Origin: Alphaproteobacteria bacterium
GTDB lineage: Bacteria > Pseudomonadota > Alphaproteobacteria > UBA2966
Reading direction: 5' to 3'
Length of the DNA stretch: 64,000 nt
Assembly (NCBI GenBank): GCA_964291395.2
Contig: OZ219856.1
Span: 1,120,001 to 1,184,000 of the forward strand
The notes beneath the pieces are model-generated. The model worked only from the letters and a program-made list of their open reading frames with translations, had not been told where the DNA came from and did not search any database. Position numbers and translations under genes: made by a program. This document shows, piece by piece, positions 11,808 through 22,089 of this stretch; positions within the stretch are counted from its first letter, which is position 1, and each line of letters starts with the position of its first letter.

Positions 11808-11884
11808 CGGAGCGTAGCGCAGCCTGGTAGCGCACCACACTGGGGGTGTGGGGGTCGGAGGTTCAAATCCTCTCGCTCCGACCA
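11808..11884 (+). tRNA. tRNA-Pro (GGG)
   Basis: CGGAGCG/CGCTCCG acceptor stem, D-loop CCTGGTA, anticodon arm CCACA-CTGGGGG-TGTGG, GGTTCAAATCC T-arm, encoded CCA; TTGACC-N17-TATCCG upstream at 11745-11773. Confidence 0.96.
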
Positions 11885-11960
11885 TTTTCCTCTGCGATAT
11901 GAACCCTTCCGTTTTGCGTCCCCGAGACAGTCGGAACGCGTCCATGAGAGCGCGCGTCGT

Positions 11961-13319
11961 CTACGCCCACCTGGAGAGCAGCTCTTCCTTCATGGCCCTG
12001 ATGCGTTCCCCGATGGCTTGGTCGCGGGGCGGCCCCGGAGGCTCTTCCGCGGCCAAGACGATATCCGTCGCGCGGCGGCCCGCCTCGGCAACCAAAGCAC
12101 TGTCACCTTCGTTTCTGAGCGGAATCCGCAGGACCGAGTCGAACGTGTACGTCGCGCGGGCGTCCCAGCCGTTTTGCGGCGGGTGGAGGTCGGGCTCGGA
12201 CTCACCGCGCAACGCCCGCCGAAATTGACGGCGCATCATCATCACGCCCGTATCAGTCCAACCCGGATGCTCGCGCCCATGGTCGGGCAACGGTCCCTGG
12301 CTGACGAGCACTTCCCAGTCGCCCGGATTCCGCTGCATCTCTTCGTAGTCACGGTGCATGGTCTGTCCAGGCGCGAAGTCAACGATCTCCTTGCCGCATT
12401 CCTCGGGCTTGCCGAAGCCGTGCGGATCCAGCGCTTCGGAGAAGTGGCGATAACCAAAGATCATGCAGTGGTTGTCGTCGATCGGTACGGTCCAGCGGGT
12501 CAACGCCGATCCCGTGTAGAATTTCTCCGCGTCGCCCTGTTCGAAGAGGGCGCCGGCCTGGAAAAAGCCGGGCAACAACGCATGAATGCAGCGCACCCAT
12601 ACCAGGTCGTCGAGTCGGCGGCTGGTGACGTAGAGGCAACCGTGTCCGTTGTCGGTCTCCCGGAATTCGACCTCCGGCATCACGTCCATCCGGGGCGATA
12701 GCTGATACTGATTGTTCCGGCTGTGCAGGAAAACGATGTGGGCCGGATCCATGATGTTTTCCTGAACGTGCAACCAGTTGCACGAATGCCAGATCGAGTA
12801 CGGCACCAAATCGTCGTCCGGCTGGAGATAGGCGTCGTATATGGGAAACCTCGGTTTTCGATCGGGGGGACCCAAGTAGGCGAACACCAACCCGCGATAT
12901 TCCCGCACGGGATAGGCACCGTGGCGGAACGAGTCCTTCAACCGAGACTCCGGAGGCTCGCCCGGTGTGTCGAGAACTGCGCCGTCGACATCGAACAGCC
13001 AGCCGTGGTAGCAGCAGCGTAGGCCACGCTCCGACACGATGCCGTATTCGAGTGACGTGCCCCGATGCGGGCAGTGGCGATGGAGGACGCCCAACCGCCC
13101 GGACTTGTCACGGAACAGGACGAGGTCTTCGCCGAGATGCCGAACGGCCAACGGCAAATCGGTCAGTTCCGATGACAGACACACCGGATGCCAGAACTTT
13201 CGGAGATATTCTCCCGCTGCGGTGCCTGGACCCGTCTCGAGCAGTTCGTCGTCGTGCTTCTTGGGAAGTCCTGCCGAGAAATATCCGCCGTATGCCTGGC
13301 TTGGCGCCACTTCGCCCAT
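11961..13319 (-). CDS. Rieske non-heme iron oxygenase, phthalate dioxygenase/LigX-like alpha subunit
   Basis: CPHRG...CCYHGW Rieske motif; ENIMDPAHIVFLH mononuclear Fe motif. Confidence 0.9.
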   Translation of the reverse strand: MGEVAPSQAYGGYFSAGLPKKHDDELLETGPGTAAGEYLRKFWHPVCLSSELTDLPLAVRHLGEDLVLFRDKSGRLGVLHRHCPHRGTSLEYGIVSERGLRCCYHGWLFDVDGAVLDTPGEPPESRLKDSFRHGAYPVREYRGLVFAYLGPPDRKPRFPIYDAYLQPDDDLVPYSIWHSCNWLHVQENIMDPAHIVFLHSRNNQYQLSPRMDVMPEVEFRETDNGHGCLYVTSRRLDDLVWVRCIHALLPGFFQAGALFEQGDAEKFYTGSALTRWTVPIDDNHCMIFGYRHFSEALDPHGFGKPEECGKEIVDFAPGQTMHRDYEEMQRNPGDWEVLVSQGPLPDHGREHPGWTDTGVMMMRRQFRRALRGESEPDLHPPQNGWDARATYTFDSVLRIPLRNEGDSALVAEAGRRATDIVLAAEEPPGPPRDQAIGERIRAMKEELLSRWA

Positions 13320-13560
13320 ATGGGTTCCGACTCGCCGTCTGATCCTGTCGCCAGCGTAACCCACGATGGCATTCCGGGCAAAGCACCCGCCAGCCTTCCA
13401 AGGCGGTCCGATATTCAGACCGATCGAGCGTTGTCGCGAGGACCGCTAGCTGCCGTTGCATGAAGACACATTGAGGAAGTTTTGTTAACCGATTGTATAA
13501 AATGCGAAAAATGGCATTTCCACTGTTGCCATGCATCCTCGATCCGCAGATCATTTTCAC

Positions 13561-14304
13561 ATGTGGGCACCTGAGAGCCTCGTGATCGTCGCCGCGACCT
13601 TCTTGATCGCCGGCACCGTGAAAGGTGTGGTTGGCTTGGGTCTGCCGACTATTTCACTCGCCCTGTTGACGGCGGCATTCGGCCTCACGGAGGCGATGGC
13701 GTTGATGCTGATCCCGTCTTTTGTCACCAATGCTTGGCAGGGAATGGTTGGCGGCGCCTTATCCGAGATCCTGCGGCGGCTGTGGCCATTGCTGGTCGTC
13801 GCTTGTCTGGGCATTTGGATGGGGGCTGGGATCCTTGCGAAGTCGGATGCGCTTCTGCTCTCCGGGCTGCTCGGTGCTGTGCTGTGCCTCTACTCGTCGA
13901 TCAGTCTCACGTCGGTGCGGGTTCCGGCTCCGGGCGCACGTGAGAAATGGCTGTCGCCGGTCATCGGGTTGATCAATGGAACTCTGACAGGCCTTACGGG
14001 CTCGTTCGTCGTACCCGCTACGCTCTATTTGCAGGCCTTGGGGCTCGACCGCAATGTTTTGATCCAGGCCATGGGGGTGCTCTACACCGTTTCCACGGTC
14101 GCTTTGGGCATTGCGCTTGCGGGTAATCGATTGTTGCCCCAGGATTTGGGTGTCATTTCGGTGGTCGCGGTGCTTCCGGCGCTCGCCGGCATGGTGGTCG
14201 GCCAGCGCGTGCGCCAATCGTTGTCGGAGACCGCCTTCTGCAAGGTGTTCTTCAGCTCACTGCTGGTCCTCGGACTCTACATCATGGGCCGAGCGTTCAT
14301 TTGA
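13561..14304 (+). CDS. TauE/SafE family (sulfite exporter-like) membrane protein
   Basis: AGTVKGVVGLGLP, internal repeat GTLTGLTG, about 8 TM segments. Confidence 0.85.
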   Translation: MWAPESLVIVAATFLIAGTVKGVVGLGLPTISLALLTAAFGLTEAMALMLIPSFVTNAWQGMVGGALSEILRRLWPLLVVACLGIWMGAGILAKSDALLLSGLLGAVLCLYSSISLTSVRVPAPGAREKWLSPVIGLINGTLTGLTGSFVVPATLYLQALGLDRNVLIQAMGVLYTVSTVALGIALAGNRLLPQDLGVISVVAVLPALAGMVVGQRVRQSLSETAFCKVFFSSLLVLGLYIMGRAFI

Positions 14305-14568
14305 GGTAGACGGACTCTCGCGGCAACATGGGATCGGGTGCGCGCCCATGTATGTCGTGCAGATCGAGGACAATCGTCTTCACGAAGCCGTAATCGGCGA
14401 CGCCTATCTCGACGCGCCGCGCCGCGTTCCGTGAAAGTGCCGAGGCCTTTGGTTTACCGATGAATCCTTCGTGATGGCGCGCCGCCGCACCTGATCCCTC
14501 GGCATCGAGGATTGGCTCGGATGCAGACTGGAAATATCTGCGGACGGTCGTTATGACTGTTCCCCGTC

Positions 14569-15273
14569 ATGATGAACAAGATCGTCAACAGCCTCAGGGA
14601 GGCCATCGCCGACATTCACGATGGCGCCGTCATCCACGTCGGCGGCTTCGGGATGGCGGGCAGTCCGATCGACCTGCTCCACGCGTTGGCGGAGCAAGGC
14701 GCCAAGAACCTTACGATCGTCAGCAATAACGCGGGCGTCGGGCGGGTCGGCATCGCCAAGCTGTTGTCCACCGGGCAGGTCGGCAAGGTCGTGTGTTCGT
14801 TTCCGCGTCAGGAAAACTCGACGATCATCGACGATCTGCACCGCGAGGGAAGAATCGAGCTGGAATTGGTGCCACAAGGGACGTTGGCCGAGCGCATTCG
14901 GGCGGCCGGTGCCGGAATCGGCGGTTTTTACACGCCCACGTCCGTCGGCACTCCTCTGGCGGCGGGCAAGGAACGTCGCACATTCGACGGCAAGGAGTAC
15001 GTCTTGGAGCTCCCGATCCACGCCGATTTCGCGCTGGTCAAGGCAGAGCAGGCGGACCGCTGGGGGAATCTCGTTTACCACAAGGCGCAGCGGAATTTCG
15101 GGCCGCCGATGTGCATGGCAGCCAAAACCACCATCGTGCAGGTGCGGACCATCGTCGATCTGGGGGAGCTCGACCCCGAGATCATCGTGACGCCGAGCAT
15201 CTTCGTCGATCGGGTCGTCGCCGTGCCCAACCCGCTCAGCGAGCGCGAGCTGGTCGCCCAAGAAGGAGCATGA
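14569..15273 (+). CDS. pcaI: 3-oxoacid CoA-transferase subunit A (3-oxoadipate type)
   Basis: VGGFG, SNNAG, PQGTLAERIRAAGAGIGGFYTPT, GNLVY. Confidence 0.85.
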   Translation: MMNKIVNSLREAIADIHDGAVIHVGGFGMAGSPIDLLHALAEQGAKNLTIVSNNAGVGRVGIAKLLSTGQVGKVVCSFPRQENSTIIDDLHREGRIELELVPQGTLAERIRAAGAGIGGFYTPTSVGTPLAAGKERRTFDGKEYVLELPIHADFALVKAEQADRWGNLVYHKAQRNFGPPMCMAAKTTIVQVRTIVDLGELDPEIIVTPSIFVDRVVAVPNPLSERELVAQEGA

Positions 15274-15277
15274 AGAC

Positions 15278-15952
15278 ATGACGGAGCGTCTAGACCGAAC
15301 TCAGATCGCCTGGCGCGTGGGCCGGGACATTCCCGACGGTTCGTTCGTCAATCTTGGGATCGGTATGCCGGAATTGGTGGCGAATTATTTGCCGGAGGAT
15401 CGCGAGATCGTCTTCCAGAGCGAGAACGGCATTCTCGGCATGGGGCCGCGGCCCGAGGCGGGGGAGGAGGACGAGGAGCTCGTCAACGCCGGCAAGAAGC
15501 TGGTGACGCTGTTGCCCGGCGGGTCCTTTTTTCACCACGCCGACTCGTTCGCCATGATTCGCGGCGGCCATATCGATATTTGCGTCCTGGGTGCCTTCCA
15601 GGTGTCGAAGACGGGGGACCTCGCGAATTGGACGACGAGCATGGACGCGCTGCCGGGTGTCGGCGGCGCCATGGATCTCGTGGCTGGTTCGAAGCGTGTG
15701 TTCATCATGACGACGCACACGACAAAGAAGGGCGATCCCAAGATCGTCGAGGAGTGCACGCTGCCGCTCACGGGCAAGGAGTGCGTGTCCACCGTCTATT
15801 CGGATCTGGCGGTGATCGATTTCGGGCCTGACGGTCCGATCGTCCGAGAGAAGCTCGAGGACCTCGAATTCGACGAGCTTCAGGACAAGACCGGAGTGCC
15901 CTTGCGTTTGGCCAACGACTGGAAGCCCTTGCAGGCTCCGGCCCTCGATTAG
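15278..15952 (+). CDS. pcaJ: 3-oxoacid CoA-transferase subunit B
   Basis: VNLGIGMP, catalytic SENG, MIRGGHID, GGAMDL. Confidence 0.85.
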   Translation: MTERLDRTQIAWRVGRDIPDGSFVNLGIGMPELVANYLPEDREIVFQSENGILGMGPRPEAGEEDEELVNAGKKLVTLLPGGSFFHHADSFAMIRGGHIDICVLGAFQVSKTGDLANWTTSMDALPGVGGAMDLVAGSKRVFIMTTHTTKKGDPKIVEECTLPLTGKECVSTVYSDLAVIDFGPDGPIVREKLEDLEFDELQDKTGVPLRLANDWKPLQAPALD

Positions 15953-16123
15953 GATTGCCTTTTTCCGATTCAGACGGCGTCGGCCCGCGATTTCCCGCGC
16001 CGCCGCCGCGTTGACCGCGTCCCGCCGGAAGGGCCTCAGCGGGGCGGCTTTACCGGACCCGCTTTAGCGGCAAGAATAGGCGCTCCGACGAGATGCACAG
16101 GCCGGTAAAGGCAAGAGGTCGCC

Positions 16124-18559
16124 ATGGCCAGTGACAGGGCGAAGCCAAGTAGTTTGGGTGCTGAACCGGCGGAGAGCGGAGGGGCGGTCGAGCCGTCGTT
16201 CCGGAGTGCCCTCCCGCACTTCCTGCCGCTGGCGGTCTTCCCGCTGATCGTCAACGCCGCGATTCACGGCGGCTGGTGGATCGCGGCTCCCTTCGCCTTC
16301 TTCGCCCTTCCGGGGCCGCTGGATATCGCGTTCGGTGCTGACGAGCGAAACATGGATCCGGTCAAGACGCCGGAAAGCCGGCTGCTCTGGTATGAGCTGC
16401 CGGTTTGGGGATGGGCGTTCCTCTGGCCGGTGACGTTCGTATTCGTGCTCTGGCAAATCCTTGTCGCCGGCCATCTCGCGATCTGGGAAGCCGCTTTGAT
16501 GACCGTCGTGCTGGCCACCGAGGCCCAGGCGGTCTTCATCGTCGGTCACGAACTGGTCCACCGGCGCGCGACGTGGGAGCGGCGTCTGGGCGAGTTTCTG
16601 CTCGCGTCCGTCTCATACCCTCAGTACGCCACGGAGCATGTCTATATTCACCATGCTCTCGTCGGCACGCCGCTGGACGTGGGGTCCGCGCCCAAGGGCC
16701 AGAGCATCTGGCGGTATTTCCCCCGCGAAGTGGCGAGCAACCTACTCGGCGCCTGGAAGGTTGCGCGCGACCGGCTCGCGCGCCGCCGCTTGCCGGTCTG
16801 GCACCACACCAACCCGTTCTGGCGCTACGGCATCGAAACCGCCTTCTGGTACGCGTTGATCTATTGGCTGGGCGGTCCGTGGGCGATCCCGGTCTATGTC
16901 GTCATGTGCCTCGGCGTCGTCTTCTCGATGAAGATCAGCAACTATATCCAGCACTACGGTTTGCGCCGCGTCCGTCTGCCCAACGGCCGGTTCGAAAAGG
17001 TCCGGCCCCGTCATTCCTGGAGCACTGACTGCAGGTTCAGCAACTGGATGTTCTACAACATGCAGCGGCACCCGGACCATCATGCCGTGGCGAGCCGGCG
17101 CTACCCGCTGTTGCAGCACCACGCCGGGAACGAGTCGCCGCAACTGCCGGGAGGCTACGCCAAGATGTTCAATCTGGCCGTCCGTCCGAAACGCTGGTTC
17201 GAGACGATGGATCCCTTGGTCGACGGCTGGCGCGCGCGCTTCTATCCCGAGGTCGACGACTGGAGCGCCTACGACAGTCCGGTCTCCGCGGCGCGTCCGG
17301 AGGCCTTCGACGCGATCGTCGAGATCTTTGGCGCCGCGCCGCGCCTCGCCGCATGGATCGAACGCAACCCGGAACTGCTCGAGAGTCTCCAGGACAGGGA
17401 ATTCACCGACCTCGATCTCCCGGAGGGTTTCGGACCGGACCCGGAAACCGAGGCGGTCGCCCGACGGGGCCTGACGCGCCTCTACTGGACGCACGAGTTT
17501 GGCTCTTCCGAAATGAAGGAGCGGATCGCCGAGATCCCGGTTCAGGACGTGGACGACGCGGTAGACACCGTGCGGAACTGGTCGAACGACAAGGCGTTCC
17601 AGATCGGCATGCATACCTTGCGTGGCAACCTGTCGCCGGTCGAGGCGGGAACGGCGTTGTCCAACGTCGCCGAGGCCTCGATCTCCGCCGTGTTGTCGGC
17701 CGTCACGGAGGACTCCGCCCACAGGCGCGGACCGAGCGGTGAAGGCGGTGTCGCGGCAGTCGTTCTGGGCGAACTGGCCAGCGGGGAAGCGGCACCCGGC
17801 GCCGAGCTCGATGTCTTTTTCGTCTATGTAGGCGCCGCCGTCGATCGCAAAGCCCTGTGCCGGCGCTTCCGCGAAGCCCTGGCCGGTCTGTCCCGCGACA
17901 GCCTGCTGTTCGCCCCGATGCCGCGCGGCGCCGGTAAGGAGCGGGCCGCGTGGTCTCTCGACGATTTGGCGGACCATTGCCGGACTGGCGCGCTTCCGGA
18001 TCTGACTCGGACACGTCGTGTCTTCGAATTCGGCGAGTCGGGAATCGGAAGGCGGTTCGACGACGCACGGCGCGAAAGTCTTGCTCATGGGGCTGCTCGC
18101 GACGCGCTCATCGCGGAGTTGCGGGACGGGGCCGGGCGCGCGGTCGAACCGGGCCTCTCGTCTCTCGACGACATGCGGGGCGGCCTCCGGGATGTCGAGC
18201 GCGCCGCCCGGTTGCTGCGATTGACCCATACCGGAAACGACCCGGATGACCCGGCACCCACCGCCGCCTCGGTCTTCCGTGGCGCCGGTGCCGGGCGGCT
18301 CGCGGACGCCGCGACCCTGTGGCGCGGCCTGCGGGGCATTCTGCGGCTGGTCGGAGGGGACGGTTTCGCGGTTGAGGCAGCGGGTCCGAAGGTCAAGGCC
18401 GCCGTCGCGAGGGCCTGCGGGGCGGAAGATTTCGACGCGCTGACCGCCGCAGTCCGCGATACGGCCGCCTCCGCCTCCGCCGAAATCGATACCCTTGTCG
18501 GAAGGAATGTCTCCCCGGCTGGGAGCGACGCCGGTTCCGAAGCGTCCGGTCCGTCTTGA
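16124..18559 (+). CDS. AlkB-type membrane di-iron monooxygenase/desaturase fused to a GlnE adenylyltransferase-like domain
   Basis: N-half: TM helices plus HELVH, EHVYIHH, NYIQHYG, MQRHPDHH; C-half: GAAPRLAAWIERNPELLESL, VRNWSNDKAFQIG, ALSNVAEASI, VLGELASGEAAPGAELDVFFVY, RGGLRDVE resembling the GlnE C-terminal module. Confidence 0.78.
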   Translation: MASDRAKPSSLGAEPAESGGAVEPSFRSALPHFLPLAVFPLIVNAAIHGGWWIAAPFAFFALPGPLDIAFGADERNMDPVKTPESRLLWYELPVWGWAFLWPVTFVFVLWQILVAGHLAIWEAALMTVVLATEAQAVFIVGHELVHRRATWERRLGEFLLASVSYPQYATEHVYIHHALVGTPLDVGSAPKGQSIWRYFPREVASNLLGAWKVARDRLARRRLPVWHHTNPFWRYGIETAFWYALIYWLGGPWAIPVYVVMCLGVVFSMKISNYIQHYGLRRVRLPNGRFEKVRPRHSWSTDCRFSNWMFYNMQRHPDHHAVASRRYPLLQHHAGNESPQLPGGYAKMFNLAVRPKRWFETMDPLVDGWRARFYPEVDDWSAYDSPVSAARPEAFDAIVEIFGAAPRLAAWIERNPELLESLQDREFTDLDLPEGFGPDPETEAVARRGLTRLYWTHEFGSSEMKERIAEIPVQDVDDAVDTVRNWSNDKAFQIGMHTLRGNLSPVEAGTALSNVAEASISAVLSAVTEDSAHRRGPSGEGGVAAVVLGELASGEAAPGAELDVFFVYVGAAVDRKALCRRFREALAGLSRDSLLFAPMPRGAGKERAAWSLDDLADHCRTGALPDLTRTRRVFEFGESGIGRRFDDARRESLAHGAARDALIAELRDGAGRAVEPGLSSLDDMRGGLRDVERAARLLRLTHTGNDPDDPAPTAASVFRGAGAGRLADAATLWRGLRGILRLVGGDGFAVEAAGPKVKAAVARACGAEDFDALTAAVRDTAASASAEIDTLVGRNVSPAGSDAGSEASGPS

Positions 18560-20874
18560 GTCCGCCGGCGCACCTGCCGCGTGGAACCCTGAAGAAGGCC
18601 GCCGTCGCGGACCTCGGTACGATCGAGGTGCCGGTGCTGACGCCGCATTTCGAATTTCGATCGATCGAAGACGGGCAGGTGCTCCTGCTGTCCGAAACGT
18701 TCAACACGTTGCTCCATGGGCGGATCCTTTGCGATCTGCTGCCGCTGCTCGACGGCAGGCGCTCGCGGAACGACATCGTCTCCGCGCTTGCCGGTTCGCA
18801 TTCGGAGTCTGACGTTCTGACCGCGCTCGCCTCTCTCGCGGCCAAGGGCTACGTCGTCTCGGGCGAATACGCCATGGAACGGGGAGCGGCAGCGTTCTGG
18901 TCCTCCCTGGGCGCGTCGCCGCGCTGGGCCGAGGAACGCTTGGCGGCGGCGAGGGTGGCTGTCGTCGGCGACGACGGCCGTCTCGCCCGGCCGCTAGACG
19001 TCATGGGCGTGGACGTGGGTGCGGACAGCCCGACGCTCTCGGTCATCGTCTGCGTCGACTATCTCGACGAACGGCATGACGCCGTCAACCGGCGCCATAT
19101 CTCCTCCGGCGCACCGTGGATGGCGGTCAGGCCGAAGGGCGTGCAACCCCTCTTCGGCCCCGTCTTCCGGCCCGCGGAGCAGGGCCCGTGCTGGGCTTGT
19201 CTGGCCCACCGCCTGCGTGGCCACCAGGAGGTCCACACGTTCCTGCGCAACGTCGCCGGCGAAGACACCGCTTTTCTGCCCCGTGCCGCCGAGCCCGCCG
19301 TTGTGGACGCGGTATACGGCCTCGTCGCCACCGAAATCGCCAAGTGGCTGGTTCTCGAGGAGGCGGCGCCCCTTCACGAGCACGCGATCACGCTGGATGT
19401 GAGTCATCTGAAGGCCGAGCACCATGCCGTCATGCGCCGTCCGCAGTGTTCCGTCTGCGGCGACGAGGCATCGTATCGCACCGACCGGCCGGCACAGCCA
19501 GTGCGACTCCAACCGAGCCCGAAAGGCGTCTGCAACAGCGGCGGCGTGCGCTCGGTATCGCCGGAAGAGACTCTCACGCGGTATCGCCATTTGATCAGTC
19601 CCGTCAGTGGTATCGTGACCTGGGTTGCCCGCGCCACGGAGGAGACCGATCCCTGGCTGCACGTCCACTGGGCCGGTAGCAATCTGGCGCTCCGGATCAA
19701 GAATCTGAGCTCGCTCAGGCGCAGCCTGCGGAGCAAGAGCGCCGGCAAGGGGAGCACGGCGAGCCAATCGGAGGCGAGTGCGCTCTGCGAGGCGATCGAA
19801 CGCTATTCCAGTGCCTTCCACGGCGACGAAATTCGCCGCCGCCGGCGATTGTCAGACTTCGCGGCGGCGGGTGAGGCGGAGGCGGTCCACCCCAACGATG
19901 TCCAGCTCTTCAGCGGTCGGCAGCTGGATCATGCGGAGGAGATCAACGCCCGCGGCCATCCCTACAACGTTGTCCCGCCACGCTTCGACTCCGAGAGGAA
20001 TGTCGACTGGTCGCCCGTGTGGTCGCTCACGCAAGGCCGGCATCGTTATCTGCCTACGTCCATGCTCTACGGCATGACGCCGGAACAGCGCGGCGATTCT
20101 GGCCTCTGGGCGGACTCCAACGGCTGCGCTGCCGGCAACACGCTGGAGGAAGCCATCCTGCAGGGGTTTTTCGAGCTGGTAGAACGCGACGCCTTCGCCA
20201 TCTGGTGGTACAACCGGCTTCGCTTGCCCGAGGTGAATCTGGAAAGTTTCGGAGATTCCTACTTGGCGTCGGCCGCCGACTACTACCGCCGCCATCATCG
20301 CGACATGTGGGTGCTGGACGCGACCAGCGATCTCGGCATCCCCGCCTTCGTTGCGCTCTCGCGCCGCACCGACGTCGAGACGGAGGACATCATCTACGGT
20401 GCGGGCGCGCATTTGGACCCGCACGTCGCGGCGCTCCGCGCGGTGTGCGAGATGAACCAGTGTTTGACCTGGGTCCCCCGCCCCGGGGATGCTGCCGCGC
20501 GCTACGGCGTCGACGATCCGATGTGTCTTTGGTGGTGGAAGAACGCAACTCTCGCGGACCATCCTTGGCTGGCGCCGGCTCCAGGCTCCGCACCGCGCGG
20601 CAGGTCGGACTATCCGGTTCCCGTTACGGCGGACCTGCGGGAAGACGTGGAGCGCTGCCGTGCATTGGTGGAAGCCAGGGGCATGGAATTCCTGGTCCTC
20701 GACCAGACGAGGCCCGACGTCGGCATGCCGGTGGCGCGCGTGATCGTGCCCGGTCTGCGCCACTTCTGGGAACGCTTCGCGCCGGGACGCCTCTACGACG
20801 TGCCGGTTGAGATGGGGTGGCGGGACGGTCCGCTCGACGAAGCAGATCTCAATCCCGTTCCCGTCGTCGCGTGA
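18556..20874 (+). CDS. Fused E1-like/YcaO cyclodehydratase (TOMM/azoline-forming)
   Basis: GPCWACL, PQCSVCG, SAGKG, ALCEAIERYS, DSNGCAAGNTLEEAILQGFFELVERDA, Pro-rich C-terminus LNPVPVVA; TTG start overlaps upstream stop. Confidence 0.93.
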   Translation: MSPPAHLPRGTLKKAAVADLGTIEVPVLTPHFEFRSIEDGQVLLLSETFNTLLHGRILCDLLPLLDGRRSRNDIVSALAGSHSESDVLTALASLAAKGYVVSGEYAMERGAAAFWSSLGASPRWAEERLAAARVAVVGDDGRLARPLDVMGVDVGADSPTLSVIVCVDYLDERHDAVNRRHISSGAPWMAVRPKGVQPLFGPVFRPAEQGPCWACLAHRLRGHQEVHTFLRNVAGEDTAFLPRAAEPAVVDAVYGLVATEIAKWLVLEEAAPLHEHAITLDVSHLKAEHHAVMRRPQCSVCGDEASYRTDRPAQPVRLQPSPKGVCNSGGVRSVSPEETLTRYRHLISPVSGIVTWVARATEETDPWLHVHWAGSNLALRIKNLSSLRRSLRSKSAGKGSTASQSEASALCEAIERYSSAFHGDEIRRRRRLSDFAAAGEAEAVHPNDVQLFSGRQLDHAEEINARGHPYNVVPPRFDSERNVDWSPVWSLTQGRHRYLPTSMLYGMTPEQRGDSGLWADSNGCAAGNTLEEAILQGFFELVERDAFAIWWYNRLRLPEVNLESFGDSYLASAADYYRRHHRDMWVLDATSDLGIPAFVALSRRTDVETEDIIYGAGAHLDPHVAALRAVCEMNQCLTWVPRPGDAAARYGVDDPMCLWWWKNATLADHPWLAPAPGSAPRGRSDYPVPVTADLREDVERCRALVEARGMEFLVLDQTRPDVGMPVARVIVPGLRHFWERFAPGRLYDVPVEMGWRDGPLDEADLNPVPVVA

Positions 20875-20889
20875 GATGCTGTTGACCAG

Positions 20890-21130
20890 CCTCCACTGAC
20901 TGGTCCGGTTCGAGTCGGCCTGCGTCGTGGTCGGCTGAGGCGGCCTCGTCCTTGTCGTCGGCATTGGCACTGGGCACGTGGGTGAACTCGGCCTTGAACT
21001 CGTCCCGGGGCATGTCCATCACCCGGTCGTGGACCGAGCTGCCCTCGTCCAGCGCGGCGTTGGTGAGCGCCTGGTCGTCCATGTTGGTCTGGAACGCCGC
21101 GCTGTCCGGCGGCGTCGTAGAGTTGAAACG
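20890..21130 (-). pseudogene. Unassigned coding remnant
   Basis: Minus-strand stretch with G/C-rich third positions (DSAAFQTNMDDQALTNAALDEGSSVHDRVMDMPRDEFKAEFTHVP) but no convincing start or end; limits approximate. Confidence 0.35.
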
Positions 21131-21218
21131 TGGTCCCCGGCGCCTGTTTCGCTCCGGTGCCAGTTCCTCGGACGGCGGGTGGCAAGGCGCGTAGCCCAGA
21201 GCCGGGTGAGGGATATCC

Positions 21219-21974
21219 TTAGTGCGCAAAGCGCTTCATGCCACCGTCCACGTACATGACGGAGCCCGAGATCATGCGGGCCTTCGGCGAGGCCACGAAG
21301 GCCACGAGATTGCCGACATCGTCCGGATCTCCGAATTCCCCGGCCGGGATGTGCTGCGCGGCAAAGGCGAGCTCGTCGTCCACCGTCGGGTAGCCCCGCT
21401 TGTTCTGCTCCGAATGGATACGTCCGGGAATGATGCAGTTCGACGTCACCCCGTCCTTGGAGTGCTCGCGCGATAGGCCTTTGGACCAAGCCTGCACGGC
21501 CGCGTTGGCGCACGTCGCGGCGTTGATGCCGAACGGCTCCATGGTCCCCGTGACGTTGATGATTCGTCCGTACTTGCGCTCGATCATGCCGGGAAGAAAC
21601 ACGTCCGAAACGCGCCGGGCCGCCCACCATTTCAGGTTCATGATATCGATCCAAACCTGCTCGTCGGTGCCGATCGGGGCCAGAACCATGGCGCCGGCGT
21701 TGTTCACCAGGATGTCGAGTTGGCCGTACCCATCGTCGACCGCCTTCTTGAGAGTCGCGGCCGCGTCGTCGGCCATGATGTCCTGTTTGACCACCAGCGG
21801 GCGCTCGTGGCCGGTCGACTCGATCTCATCCGCGACACCTTCGAGCAGATCGTCGCGGCGGGCAGTGATGATCAACCTGCACCCCTCTTCCGCAAGCACC
21901 CGCGCGATTCCCGTCCCGATGCCGATGCTGGCCCCCGTGACAAGGGCAACCTTACCTTCGATCTGTAGATCCAT
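21219..21974 (-). CDS. SDR family oxidoreductase
   Basis: TGASIGIG, LVNNAG, PGRIHSE, VDGG; catalytic YxxxK not evident. Confidence 0.85.
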   Translation of the reverse strand: MDLQIEGKVALVTGASIGIGTGIARVLAEEGCRLIITARRDDLLEGVADEIESTGHERPLVVKQDIMADDAAATLKKAVDDGYGQLDILVNNAGAMVLAPIGTDEQVWIDIMNLKWWAARRVSDVFLPGMIERKYGRIINVTGTMEPFGINAATCANAAVQAWSKGLSREHSKDGVTSNCIIPGRIHSEQNKRGYPTVDDELAFAAQHIPAGEFGDPDDVGNLVAFVASPKARMISGSVMYVDGGMKRFAH

Positions 21975-22089
21975 ACGTGATCTCCCTGAGCGTTACGCAG
22001 TCTCGAAACCCACCTGGGCAAGGTCGCGAAACGAAACGTCGAGAGGCATGACTCCGGCCGGCGGACCGCCAATCCGCATGAGTCGAGCT

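Noticed and set aside
11808-11884. tRNA-Pro as an integration site for the accessory region
   Set aside because: Core synteny ends here, but I saw no integrase and no repeat of the tRNA 3' end in the window
17300-18559. Housekeeping glnE gene
   Set aside because: Only one degenerate module, fused in frame to an AlkB domain; not a full two-domain GlnE
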